Assembly: GCF_009914755.1 (NCBI RefSeq) | Contig: NC_060935.1 | Length of the DNA: 64,000 nucleotides | Origin: the human T2T-CHM13v2.0 reference genome, Homo sapiens | Direction: 5' to 3' (one strand) | Shown here: positions 39,656 through 53,729 of the stretch, piece after piece | Layout: each line of letters opens with the position of its first letter | Numbering within the stretch: position 1 is the stretch's first letter | The notes under the pieces: model-generated | The model's input: only the letters and a program-made list of their open reading frames with translations | Told to the model about the DNA's origin: nothing | The model's database searches: none | Program-made: the position numbers and the translations under genes

Positions 39656-41014
39656 TTGTTGGTTTTGCGTGCTGGCTTGCTTGTTTCAGCTCTCCAGCTT
39701 ATCTCCCTTGTACATCTGAGCCCACAGAGGGTGCTGGCTGGCTATAGTGTGGAGATGGGCAGAACTGGAAACAAGAGGAAGGGGAGAAAAGCTGGGTGCC
39801 CAGGCTGTCATGAGATGGAAAATAAAAACATCTTTCTTCTTTTCACCTGTGGGCAGAAGAGCAAGGAGAAATGCTGGGACTGTGCCTGGTGTTGGTCAGG
39901 GGCAATAAATAGCTACTTGGGCAGCCCCCAGGCTGACTTTGCTCCAATCCTGCAGCCAGCAAGCGGCCTCTATAACTGTCTGACCCCTCAGCTTCCAAGT
40001 TCTCTGGGACCATGGGGAAGATGGAGGGGCTTCAACCAAGGCTGCACAGAGTGGAAAAACTGGACGCGTGGAGAAAAGCAGGAGCAAGAATTATTTAGTG
40101 GGAGAAGAGGCAGCTGAGGAGCAATTTAATAACAGCTTTTGAGGCTCCGAAGAGTTATTAGATAGAAATTGGTGACCAGCTGGTCCCTCTCTGCTCAGAG
40201 CACGGGGCCAAAGGAAATGAGTTTACATTCTGTAGGAGGAGATGCTCAGGTTAGATAAAAAGGAAAAATTCTTCCTGTCAAGGTGGAAATGGGCTGTTAC
40301 AGGAACTGCAGCAAACACCTTGGGTGCATTCAGGCTGTTGCCAGGAAGACGGGTCTTCTGAGCCCCTAGGGATGCCTCTGTCCAGGCCAGGGCTCCTGGT
40401 AGTAGGTTCCCAGTTCCCCTAAATGAGAAAGTTCTCTTTCACTTTTCCTATGGCCAGAGAGTGCTTTTTCCCAGCCAGTGCAGTGACTGCTTCTTCTCCC
40501 CTACTCCTGACCCCATCCCACCTCCTACCCCCAGGAACAAAATCCTAGGAACTGTGTTGAGAATAATGGGCTCTCCTATTGGGAGTGTGATGGACGGTGA
40601 GTCATGCAGATATTTCCTCTTTTCTTTAATGACCAAAAGCAGAATGCCCCCAAACACCACATGAATGCACAAGAGACTTATGAGTAGCCCTATGCCTTCT
40701 CTGAGATGAGCTTTCTCTATTTATGAGAAAATGTGTTTTCTCTTCTGGAATACAGAATGACAAAATCAGCTGCAAGTGGCTGGACCTGGTCCCCTTGTCT
40801 CATTCATTAAACAGACATTTATGGAGTGCCTGGTCTGTGTTAGGCTCTGCTCTATGCACAGGCTCAGCATGGGAGCAGAAGGCAGCGGGATCAGCAGCTT
40901 GTAAAACAAATCAGCTCCGTGTAGCAGTGAGAATCAGAGAGCAGGATCGTCTCTTCTCACAAACAGAAGATGCTGGCCTTGTGCATTTTTCCCAGAGGTG
41001 CAGTCACCCACACG

Positions 41015-41625
41015 ACCTAATATTTAGCTCTTACTCTGTGCCAGGCCACATGTTTACATAAATAGTGTCTCATTTAATCTTCAATCTTCATGAGCTCATA
41101 TTGAGGTCACTGTTATTAATTCCCTGACAAAATAATATTATCAACCTCATAGGGTCATAGCAAGTTAAACAAGTTAATATAGTAAAGCTTGCCTGGCTCC
41201 TAGCAAGTCCCATATAAGTATTAGCTATTATCATTACCACTGCTGCTATTATTATTATTCAGAGACTAAATGGTCTCTCCAAGTTTGCACAGCTTGTAAG
41301 GCAGAGCCAAGTTTTGAACCTGTGCTTATCTGACACCAAAACCCATGACCTTTCTGTCCACCTACCATACATGAAGATACCACACACAGCAGGCAAAAAC
41401 ACAGGCTCTGAGAGTCAGACAGACAGATCTAGATTTGAACCAGCTTTGTCATTTACTAGCTGTGTGACCTTGGGCAAATCACTTTGCCTCTCTGAACTTC
41501 AGTTCATGAATCTGTAAATGAGAATAATAATAGTACCTACGCCCAAGGTTAATTTTAAGAATTAAGTGAGGTAAGACATGAAAGCTCTCAGTAAGTGCTA
41601 AATACGTTTAATTATTATTGCTATC
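41015..41625. mobile_element. Cluster of MIR fragments in alternating orientation
   Basis: Minus 'gtctcatttaatcttc', plus 'acctcatagggt', minus 'cacagcttgtaaggcagagcc', plus 'ctagctgtgtgaccttgggcaaatcact'. Confidence 0.75.
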
Positions 41626-42420
41626 ATCAGCCATTGAAAGGCCAGGCAAAGACATAATTCATCAAACAAAAACTCTACACTGGGAAAAAGGAGGTAGGCT
41701 GCTTTGAGCTTCAGGTCATCTAGAAACCTCTTCCAAACACATATTGATATACTGTCAAGGAACAGCTTTTTCGGGAGTTGAGAATTTTACCAAAGAGTGT
41801 ATGCTTCTCTCTCTCTAAATCCACAAATGCTGGCCAGAAATTCCTGAGTGTCCAGGACACTTTAAGATCTCCAGGGAGATCAACAACAATATCAGAGGCT
41901 TCGACTCTAACGTGGCAGAGCAGCCAACACAGTTCTACGGTGGCAGCATTTCTATTTTTGAAGGCCAGAGGTGGGCTTTAATGCTGCTGCCTGCACACAG
42001 AGAGCAGAGGAAACTGCCTGGCACTACCGAGAGAGCCCCATGCCTGCGATATGTACTTGACACATGCCTCCACTCCAGAAACTGGGAGACAGAAAGACAA
42101 TATTGAGAGTCAGGAGTGCATGGGGGTGGGTTCAAAGACTTTGGCTGCTGCTGCAAGATGGCTCCTGTGTCTTTCAGCTGAGCTGCTCTGCTAAGACCCT
42201 TTCTTTGAGTAAGAAGTTATTTTAAAATATTTTTAGTTGTTTCGGGGAGTAAATACCAACAACCCACTAATTGAGTCCCTTGCAATAACCATCATCTTTT
42301 ATTGAAAATGGCAGATCCCTTGCTCAAAGCACAGGTGAGAATCAAAGTGCAAAGCAGAGACCCCTTTAGTGCAGATTGTTTCTGCCTGGGCTAGAAAGCC
42401 AGTGACCACCTGCAGCCTTC

Positions 42421-42668
42421 TAACAGCAAATGCTTACATAGCACTTACCATGTTCTGGTACTATTTTAAGTGCTTTATGTATTGAATTCTCACAACAACT
42501 CTGAGGTTGGCATAATAATATTATCCTCCTTATGCTATATATGGGGAAACTGAGGCATGGAGCAGGTAATAACTAGCCCAAGGTCAAACAGCTAGTAATC
42601 TGCTGAGCCAGGATTTAAACATAACCATCCCAGCCCCAGAATGTTTTCTCTTGGCCTGTGAGCTGTAC
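42421..42668 (-). mobile_element. MIR SINE, near full length
   Basis: 'atggggaaactgaggcatgg...gcccaaggtcaaacagctagtaa'. Confidence 0.85.
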
Positions 42669-45304
42669 TCAGACCTCTCCTTCATGCCTGAGCACAGGTG
42701 TAGGCCTGAGCCCTTAGAACCTCTAAAGGAAATTGAAGCAGCACTTGGGTGGGAGGATGAGAGACGATGGGTGTGAGTGTTGCATTTGGAACTGGGCTCC
42801 GGAATCAGCTTTTTTTCCTTTCTTGTTCTTTTTTGAGTGACGGTATGGGGTTGTTGGTTGGTTGGTTGGTTATCACTTACTAGTTTCATCCTTCAAAAAG
42901 GGGATTTATTCCTGGATGCCAGTCTAAGTGTGACACTCAGAGCCATGTTTTCAGCCACACAGCAATGTGGCCTGCAAGTATCCCACAGGGCTAGGGTCAG
43001 GAGCAGCAGTCGGGGGACAAGTCCCTTGCCAAAAATGGGGTGTATGAAGGCTCATGAACTATGATATGAGGGTCTATGTGGCCCCGTAGGGGTGAGAGGC
43101 CATGTCATCCAGCCAAAGGTGACCAACCTCAAGCCCTGAGTAGGGTAAGAGCCTCAGTGGCAACTCCTCCCCTCCGCTGTAGCATGGCAACTTCAGGGCT
43201 CACACGGATGAAATGTTTTCAGAGGATTTGGAAAGATAGATAGGGGGAAGCAAAGGGTGTGTGGAGTGGGATGCATTGCTGGGGGAGACCCCAAAACTAC
43301 ACTGACGGACATCCCCAAGGCTGTGGTCTTGGCTCAGTCCATCTAGAACCTGGTTACCTTGGCCAGGAGTTGACCCATGGCCACTTTCAAGGACTCAAGT
43401 TCAATTCCAAGACTACCTTGGGCATCTGTGGAAGTTCCTGAAAGCCTCACTAAGGCCTACGGATATTATGGTAGCTATAGCCTAAGGCTATAGCTTTGCA
43501 TTCCTTGCATTCTTTGGTGACCTCACTTCTACCACCTAAGAAGCACAGCACCCACCTGCCCTCCATTTCTCTGCTCCCCATGCACCTCCGCCTTGCTCAA
43601 TCAAGCTCCCTTAGCTCTCACTTCACCAGAGGAAGGACTGCAGGGCCTTTTGTTGCTTCTAGGTGGAGCCCACCACAGGCTTTTCCACAGGGTCATCTCC
43701 AGGAACACCGAGTCACGGAGATGCAGGGACAGACAGGATCTGTCCTCCACACAGATGTGACGTTGACTGGTGCCCCAGCTGGCAAGTGCAAAGTGGAGGA
43801 GAAAGAGAAAAAAGAGAAGTCAGCCCTTACACTGAGCCTTGAGGTGGAGTGGTTACACATGGGCACTGGCCGGTCAGATTGACACTAACCATAAGAACCA
43901 GGCTGTCCGTGCGGGCACATACCAGCCCGTGCCCGGAGCAGGGAGCCTTGGCAGTCACATCATTTCCAGTTTTCTTTTCTGATTGCTCTGTGCATGCGTG
44001 TTATCTTCCCCTACCACCCCCAACACATCCTTGAGCTTTTAGAGAACCTTGTCATAGGAGATGATATTTTAAACATTTATCTCAAAAAATAACAATTAGC
44101 TGAATTGACTGACGGCTTGGTTAATGAATAGGGAGAACTAGCTCGAGGGTGTCAGCGAACTCTGTGACTCATCATCTCCACCTATCAGCTACCCCGATCC
44201 AAAGCAAGAGCGCTGCGAGGGAGGAAGACAAGATTAGACTTCCAAGCACCAATTCTGAGCCAGGCCTATTGACGCATCATCTCTAATCTTCACAACACCC
44301 TTAAGAGGGAGCTTTTGCTTTTGAAAGAAACAGGATGCACGGAGCTTTGAAGTTTCTGGGGAGGCCTTCCTGGGGGACATGGCTCATCTGGGCAAATGCA
44401 CCATGCCTCAGAGCCTGGCATCCTTAGCCTTGCAGGTTCAGAAAACTGCAGAGCAGAACAAAGAGCAGACCTATTTCTCAGGGATAGACTTATGTGAACC
44501 AAGCTCAAGACCAGATCTTTCCATGGCCATGGCAATGAGAAGTGCACCATCACATGGGCCTGAACAGTGCAGTATCTCTCTATCTGGATGCTGGAAGCCA
44601 AGTTGTTCAAAAACGGCTGCAGCTGAATATGGAATCAGAAGGGTTCAGTCAATGGAGAATCCACACTAGAGCTCAGAGAACTCTCTAATTCCAGTCCATT
44701 TATTGAGTCTCGACTCCAGAGTCACCTGTGGGAAGCATCCTTGGGGTCCCCACCCTCATCTCTGCTACCAAAACTATGCCCAGCACACCCCTTCTGTGCC
44801 CTCAACACACAGTCCCACACAGCTCTGACCACACTGCTTCAAGAGTCCACAGTCACACTTAGGAGTCTACCTGCCCTGCTAGACATTGCACTCCTTTGAG
44901 ATATGGAGGGTGCCTTATTCCTGGTACATCCCCTTTGCCTGCCATAGAGAGGGTGCTCTGAAACTGTTTACTTAAGATGTAAAATATGTAAATTGCTGGA
45001 CCAGGGCTCCATTCTCCCTGGGCAGTGCTGGGGTGGGCCTGCCAACTCAGGTTCTTTCTTTTTCAGGCTGTGTGCTGACATCAGCCTTCTATTGATTCTT
45101 TAAACAGTGTAGATACTGCTGTGAGTTAGTTTCCTACCTCTAAATTATAATGATACACCAGCGTTACCTTCCCAAGATCATACCCAAGCACCTTGACTGA
45201 AGGTTTGTGTATTCCCAGTCACACAGTCACAGTCCCACGGGATTCCCTGGGTCCCTGCATCTATGACTTCTGTTGTGCAGAGGTTAAGATTTAGCTCTTA
45301 GAGA

Positions 45305-45670
45305 ACAACCAGAATGCCCAATGATTGGGAGTGGTTAAATAAACTATGCCTCTTTCCACTGGAATTTTGTGCAACCAAACACGATGATATACGCCAGGCA
45401 GTTTTAGTACAGCAGAGGAATGCTTATTCTATATGATGGGGGAAATAAGTCAGTGAAAAAATTGTGTATATCATGTGATTTTAACTATGTGAATAAAGGG
45501 CAAAGATAAAATGCTGGAAAAAAATATGACACTGTAAAAGTAGCTACTTCTATATGGTAAGATAATAAGTGGTTTTCCCCGGTTTTTCTTCATGCTTTTC
45601 TGTTCTTCCCAATCTAAAAATATTATGTTACTCTTATAATTAAGTAAAACAATAAACTTCAAGGAAAAAA
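45305..45670 (+). mobile_element. Old L1ME-type 3' end fragment
   Basis: 'tggttaaataaactatg', L1ME-like 3' UTR tail. Confidence 0.55.
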
Positions 45671-46101
45671 CTTATGAGTAGAATGTTTTCCATTTCTGTA
45701 AAAATATATTGCTATTTAATTACGTGTCCTCTGATTGATTTTTTTGGGGGGGAAGTGTAGGTCACAGAAAACCTGAGTTAAAAAATAGGTCTCCTCCCCA
45801 CTCCCATATCTCAGGTGGAAGATCTGGATGTTGAGTCTAACTCTCTGGCCTGGGCTCTTCTCCCTTCCCCAGCACTTCTTCTCATTCACATCATTTTCCC
45901 GGCAGCCTTCCCAGAGGCTGCCTCCCCTCCTGCCAGCGAGGGAAATTTGCTGTCTGCTTGGAATGTGCAAGGATGGAAAAATACATATACTGTTTCCATT
46001 GAAGGGCAAAGTCATTGCTGGCATGGCTTAAGTGCTTTACAACTATTAAATGTTTTGAACAAATCTCTCCTTGTAGCACTTTTAAAAACTTGGCCTCACT
46101 T

Positions 46102-46672
46102 CAATTCCTCAAGGATCTAGAACTAGAAATACCATTTGACCCACCCATCCCATTACTGGGTATATAACCAAAGGATTATAAATCATGCTGCTATAAAGAC
46201 ACATGCACATGTATGTTTATTGTGGCACTATTCACAATAGCAAAGACTTGGAACCAACCCAAATGTCCAACAATGATAGACGGATTAAGAAAATGTGGCA
46301 CATATATACCATGGAATACTATGCAGCCAAAAGAAAGGATGAGTTCATGTCCTTTGTAGGGACATGAACGAAGCTGGAAACCATCATTCTCAGCAAACTA
46401 TCGCAAGGACAAAAAACCAAACACCGCATGTTCTCACTCATAGGTGGGAATTGAACAATGAGAACACTTGGACACAGGGTAGGGAACATCACACACCGGG
46501 GCCTGTCGTGGGGTGGGGGGAGGGGGCACGGATAGCACTAGGAGATATACCTAATGTAAATGACGAGTTGATGGGTGCAGCACACCAACATGGCACATGC
46601 ATACCTATGTAACAAACCTGCACGTTGTGCACATGTACCCTAGAACTTAAAATATAATAAAAATAAGTAAAT
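46102..46672 (+). mobile_element. L1PA (L1PA5-like) 5'-truncated insertion
   Basis: ORF2 end and 3'UTR with G-rich tract; 17-bp TSD aaaa[c/t]ttggcctcactt at 46085-46101 and 46673-46689. Confidence 0.95.
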
Positions 46673-46689
46673 AAAATTTGGCCTCACTT

Positions 46690-47125
46690 GAGATTCGTAT
46701 ATGAAATTAACCATTTTAAAGTGAATGGTTCACTGGCATTTAGTACATTCACAATGTCATGCAGCCACAACATTTATCTAGTTCCGAATATTTTCAAATA
46801 CGCAATCAGCTATTCCCATTCCCTTCTACCCCAAGACCCTGCCAACTACCAATCTGCATTGTCTCTGTGGATTTACCTCTTCTGGCTACTTCGTATAAAT
46901 GGAATCATACCATATGTGACTTTTCAGTCTAGCTTCTTAGCATACTTTCGGGGTTTATCCACATTGCAGCATGTGTCAGCACATCATTTCTCTTTGTGAT
47001 AGAATAATGTTCTTTTATATGGACACACCACAGTGTATTTATCCATTTGTTCACTGATGAACATTTGGGTTGTTTCCACCTTTTTGTTATTGTAATAATG
47101 CTGTTGTGGACATGTGTCTACATGT
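46690..47125 (-). mobile_element. L1MB-type 3' end
   Basis: 'tataaatggaatcatac', 'acatttgggttgtttccacctttt'. Confidence 0.85.
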
Positions 47126-47215
47126 CTGACTCCCACGTAATATTAATGAGCTTGCATTTGAATATCTGCGCTCACTCTCTCCAGGCCTCCATCTGTGGAC
47201 CCCACTTTTAGGAGC

Positions 47216-47287
47216 CAACTTTCTGTGCTCCAAAATCTCAGCAAGTCAGCAACTTTCTGTGCTTGCAAAGTCTCAGCAAGTCAGCAA
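47216..47287 (+). repeat. Tandem duplication of a 34-35 bp unit
   Basis: caactttctgtgctccaaaatctcagcaagtcag followed by caactttctgtgcttgcaaagtctcagcaagtcag. Confidence 0.9.
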
Positions 47288-47769
47288 GAAGAAATGATTG
47301 CAGATTTGAAAATAACCAGTCATGATAGGGCTTGGGTTATAGGTGGGTTCCAGGATGAAAATAACCAGGAGAAAAAGGGCACATGACAGAGGAGTAACCC
47401 CTGCTACACATCCCTGCAAATTTTATTTAATTAAGCAAAATGATGGCAATAAAACCAGCCGCATCATATTTTCTCATGTTATTTATTATTTTTGCCTGAG
47501 AGTAAGTTCCGTTTGTGTCTCTAGCTTCTCATAGGGTGCAGCTCTGGCCAGGTCCCCAGACATCTGCAGAGACGGAGCGTCACACAGCTCAGCTGACCAT
47601 GGGCTCCCAGGTGCTTTAAGGCTCATGAATCGGCTTCTCCAAACCGTCAAAGAATAGCAAAGTCAGTGAGCAAGACATCATCCAAATATAACGATCCACC
47701 ACTACCCGTGTTCCAGTCACACTAGCCAGACAAGTAGAAATTAGGAAAAATAAGTCAGAGAAAGAGTTG

Positions 47770-48002
47770 AATATAATTGTTCAGAGCCAGACTCTGGAAC
47801 CAGAGAGCTTCTGGCCCGCGGGTGAACTCTGGCTACACTTCTTTCTAGCTGTGTGATTTTGTACACGTCACTTAACCACTCAGGCTCAATTTCTCAAATG
47901 GTAAACTGGGAAAAGTAAAAAGTATCAACCTCATATAACTGCTGTGAAAATTAAGCAAGGAAGTTAAGACATTTCAGTGTAAATGCTCAGTAAGTGTTGG
48001 CT
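47770..48002 (+). mobile_element. MIR SINE
   Basis: 'agactctggaaccagagag', 'ctagctgtgtgattttg', 'aatgctcagtaagtgttggct'. Confidence 0.75.
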
Positions 48003-48411
48003 AGGATGGTATTAACAACGAATAGTTCCAGGACTGCAGTTACTGCCAGCAAAATCGCAAGAGCCCCAGTCCTCTATCCCTTCCGTTTGTTCAGGAAGTA
48101 CCCAAGGAAGCAGATTTAAGTCTCATTGTTTCCCCAAAGAAACACTCCCTAGCTTGAGTCACACACAGCCCAAAGCCCCCCGCCTGGTTTAGGCTGATGC
48201 CACCAAAGCATAGAGCCCTCCATTCTGCAGGAGCGTGGATTATGTTGGACACCACCTGGCTGTCTGCAGCATCTAGAATGCCGCCCCAGCACAGCAAGCA
48301 GAGCCTGGAGGCCAACGTCTGGATGACTCCTGCAGGGAGACTGGGGCCAGGTGGGGGCAATACCTGTCTATACTTTTGGCTTGCTTTCTTCTTTTTAAGA
48401 ATTATATCTCC

Positions 48412-48524
48412 ATCGCTTGAACCCAGGAGATGGAGGTTATAGTGAGCCAAGATCGCACCACTGCACTCCAGCTGCGCAAAAGAGCAAGACTCCATCTCAC
48501 ATACATACATACATACATACATAC
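48412..48524 (+). mobile_element. Short 5'-truncated Alu with (ACAT)n tail
   Basis: Right-arm 3' part; 16-bp TSD agaattatat[c/a]tccat at 48398-48413 and 48525-48540. Confidence 0.92.
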
Positions 48525-48737
48525 AGAATTATATATCCATTTTTTTAACAGATGAGTTGACTTAAAAATATTGAGCTAATAACAGATAATACATGAATTG
48601 GTTTGGGGCAGGTTCCCAGTTGACAGTATTGAGAGGATTTGACCCCTAATCACTGAACTATTGGTTGCGTTTTGCATTTAAGGTATGTTTGAGATCTCCT
48701 CGTTGCCCTGCCTGTGCCTGTTTATATACACACAAGG

Positions 48738-48886
48738 CAATATTGTATTGCCTTATTGTATTGTCGTATTACAACAATATTGTATTGCTGTAATGCAACA
48801 ATATTGTATTGCTGTAATGCAACAATGTTGTATTGCTGTATTGCAACAATATTGTATTGCTGTATTGCAATACAGCAATGCATTGC
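48738..48886. repeat. 24-bp minisatellite ending in a palindrome
   Basis: Unit CAATATTGTATTGCTGTA(A/T)TGCAA, four near-perfect copies at 48775-48870 plus degenerate flanks. Confidence 0.95.
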
Positions 48887-50009
48887 AAAAAAGAATACAG
48901 AAATGAATAAACTCCAGAAAACATGGAGTCAAAGGTACCTTTTAGGCCTATGATTGTGTGATTTAAACAACAATCCCTCAAGGTCAGCTGACTTCTTTGG
49001 CTCGACCCCATATCCACTAAATAGACTTTTCCTTATTTATACTCACTCTGAGCCAGCCTCTCCCATATGTGCCGAGAGATACAAGGTGAGAAATAAATGC
49101 TCCCTGTCATCACCCCAGTGGAGGAACAGGCATACCTACAAACAGCACAAGGCTAGCAAAGGGAATTCCTTTCAATATTTATATCTGCAGAGTTTCTGAG
49201 CTGAGCTTAAAGCCCCTGAAACATCTGAACTCTGAGCCAATGAGATTCAATAAAGGAATTTGATCAAAACAGAGGCTATGGGGTTAGGACTTTGTAATAT
49301 GCTAGTATATTCTCGGGGCATTGATATATTGTCGTATACAAGTGATGACATCATGATAAGGTGCAGTGGGGCTATTGCACTGCACTGTCATATTCTAATC
49401 TTACTGCTATGGTGTGGTGGTGTCATGCGGTGTTGTCTTTTGTAGAGCCAGGTTGTAACCTCACAGTATGGAGTTGTGTTGGTGTCAAGTCCCATTTTGT
49501 GGTGGTGAAGCCTCTGGTCATGTGCTGTTGCAGAGCTCTGTTTCTTTGTCTTGTAATTATGTCACAGCATCCCGATGCCCACTTGCCACAGCGGCTTAGG
49601 GCCATGGTGGCTTTGCTGTGTTCTGGCTTTGTAATCTTGCAACATGACATTGTGGTGAGGTATGTGTGGCATTGTTTTTCTTGAGACACTGTGAATTTTC
49701 CCTAGTCCATTTCCTCCTAAAACCCCAAAGAGGGCACCAAACACATTACACACATTTCTCCTGGGGCATAAAAGTACATAGTGACAGTTACCTGGGAAGC
49801 TTAACAACTACAATCTCAGCTTTGTCTCAGATGTCTGCCTCCTGAAGCCTACCACCTAAAAGCCAGCTATCAGCCCACCACAGAGGAGGCAGGCTGGGAG
49901 CAAAGGCGCAGCTCAACCCCTCAGCTAGGATTCACCTTTGCCTGGCATCAGTAGAGAAGGCTGGGTCCACCACCAAGGGCAGGGGCAGTATCACAGCATG
50001 GCTATGACC

Positions 50010-50200
50010 ACCAGCTTTGTAGTTTGAGAGATCTTGAGAGTGACTGTGGAAAGTGACAAAGCATCACCATTCCTCCTTTTCAACATTGTAAAGGAGAGGT
50101 GATAACAGTGCCACCATGTAGGGGCTTAAGGCTTAACTGAGAAAAGTTCACATCAAAGACTTCGCACAGTACCTTGTATCAGAAAGAACTCAATAAGAAG
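50010..50200 (+). mobile_element. MIR SINE (degenerate)
   Basis: 'gcacagtaccttgtatcagaaagaactcaataa'. Confidence 0.55.
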
Positions 50201-50424
50201 CAGATAATTTTTCTTTCCACCTTTATTTCACAAGTATTAATTTCAGTGTTTGGAGCCCACCACCATCAATATTAAAGGTTCTTTGTGGTTTCTCACAGGA
50301 GTCCTAATACTTTCACATTCAAATAGGGCTTTTGGTGGTCTGCATAGAGTGCCTCAGCAACTACAGCAGGCATAGAATTTGACGTCTTTCCCCCCACCTC
50401 CAACATCGAATTTCCAAAGATGTT

Positions 50425-51548
<1,124 letters not shown>

Positions 51549-51930
51549 AAGAAAAAAAGAGAATCATGAGCAGATAAACTATGCCAGACATAAAGAATAA
51601 AAATGCAAAGAAAAAAACAAAGAAAATTCCAGACCCAAATGGTTTCCCCGAGTGAATTCTATCCAAAAAATTAAAATAAATAATGCCAATCTTTGAAAAA
51701 CTCTTTTAGAAAATAGAAGATAGGGAACACTTTTTCAAACTTCGTTTATAAGACCAGAATAACACTGGTACCAAAACTCTACAAAGGCATTAGACATTAC
51801 AGATTTATATCTTCTGTAATTACAGATATAAGCTCTTTAAAATACTAGCAAATAACATACAAAAATATATTGAAAAGATAAAACATCACGACCAAATAGG
51901 GCTTATCTGAGGAAGACAAGGTTATCATAA

Positions 51931-52214
51931 TTTTTTTTTCTTTTTTGATACAGGGTCTCACTCAGTCACCCAGGCTGGAGTGCAGTGGTGTGATCATGGC
52001 AATCTCCCAGACTCAAGTGATCCTCCCACCTCAGCCTCCCCAGTAGCTGGGACCACAGGTGCATGCCACCATGCCTAGTTAGATTTGGTATTTTTTGTAG
52101 AGATGGGGTTTCACCATGTTGCTTAGGCTGGTCTGGAACTCCTGGGCTCAAGCAACCTGCCCACCTCAACCTCCCAAAGTGCTGGCATTACAGGCATGAG
52201 CCACGGCACCCAGC
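51931..52214 (-). mobile_element. AluJ (AluJb-like)
   Basis: Poly(T) then 'cagggtctcactc...cccaaagtgctggcattacaggcatgagccac'. Confidence 0.93.
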
Positions 52215-52350
52215 ATAATGTAACTTTTGAAAAACAATCAATGTAACTGTACTAACAGAAAAAACATATGATCATTTCAGCGAATGCAGAAAAAAATCCT
52301 CTCATAAAATTCAATACTTGTTCATTAAAAAAAAAAAAAAAGGAGGGAGG

Positions 52351-52646
<296 letters not shown>

Positions 52647-52676
52647 TCAACAACAGAAAAAATTCTTCAATCTCTT

Positions 52677-53088
52677 TGTTAGTAGGTGTCTTCTGAAAAG
52701 TAGACACCGAGATAGGATTAGGCTTGCAGAAGATTCATTAAAGGAGATGTTATGAAAAAAATGAAGAGAAGGCTTGAGGGAAGATGAGTTGTTAGATCAT
52801 GATACAGATCTGAGTCCAGGTGAAAGAGAGAGAAGAAGGTAGTTGGTGCAGAAGCATCTGAACCTCAGTGCAGCTCCCAGAGAGTTAGTCAAGACCATCA
52901 GGGCATCCTCAAGCCAAAGTCACCCACCAGAGGAATCCCAAGTCTCCTAGGCATTGGCTGGGAGAAGTCTTTGGGAAGCATGACTGCAGTACAAATACAG
53001 TGATGGATTTCAGAATGCAGCTGCTAGGGCTGTCATCATTATGCCCCCAGAGTTGGAAATCTGAAAGGTGCATTTGCATAGCCACCTA
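52677..53088 (-). mobile_element. LTR16-type ERVL solo LTR
   Basis: 'agtagacaccgagataggatt', 'cctcaagccaaagtcaccc', 'cattggctgggag'. Confidence 0.7.
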
Positions 53089-53338
53089 GTTCTGTTACAG
53101 GGTGTTGATAAAATTTGAGGAAAAAAATACCAGTTACAACAGCCTCACAAAACAGGAAACATCTAGGGATACACCTAATAAAGTATATGCAAGTCCTCTA
53201 CATTGAAAACTCTAAAATATCTCTGGAAAGTTAAAGAACACTTGGATATGTGAAGAGACAGACCATGCTCTTGGAATGGAAGGGTTAAGCTGTTAAGATA
53301 TCAATTGTCTCAAAATTGACATAGATTCAATACCATCC

Positions 53339-53729
53339 TGTTATGGTGTGAATTAAGTCCCACTAAATTTTACATATTGAAGCCCTAACCCTCAGTACCT
53401 CAGAAAGTGACTATTTTTGGAGATGGGGTGATTAAACTCAAATGAAGCCTAAACTAAAAAGGAAGTCCTAATCCAGTCTGACTGTTGTCCTTATAGAGGA
53501 AGAAATTTAAACATAGAGACACCAAAGATACACATTTACAGAGGAAAGAACATGGAGAACACAGTGAGAAGATAGCCATCTGCAAGACAATGAGGCCGCA
53601 AAAGAAACACTACCTGCCAATACCTTGATTTTGGACTTTAAGCTACAGAACTGTGAGACTATAAATTTCCATTGTTTAAACCACTCAGTCTGTGGTAGTT
53701 TGTTACGGCCACCCTGGCAAATTAATATA
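53339..53729 (+). mobile_element. MLT1B MaLR solo LTR
   Basis: 'tgttatgg...tgaagccctaaccctcagtacctcaga', 'acagtgagaagatagccatctgcaag'; TSD catcc/aatcc. Confidence 0.88.

Noticed and set aside
48685-49017. Repetitive peptides (QQYCIAV, ILYCCNAT) and CRISPR-like look of the array
   Set aside because: Translations of a 24-bp tandem repeat; no unique spacers, no cas genes, eukaryotic context.
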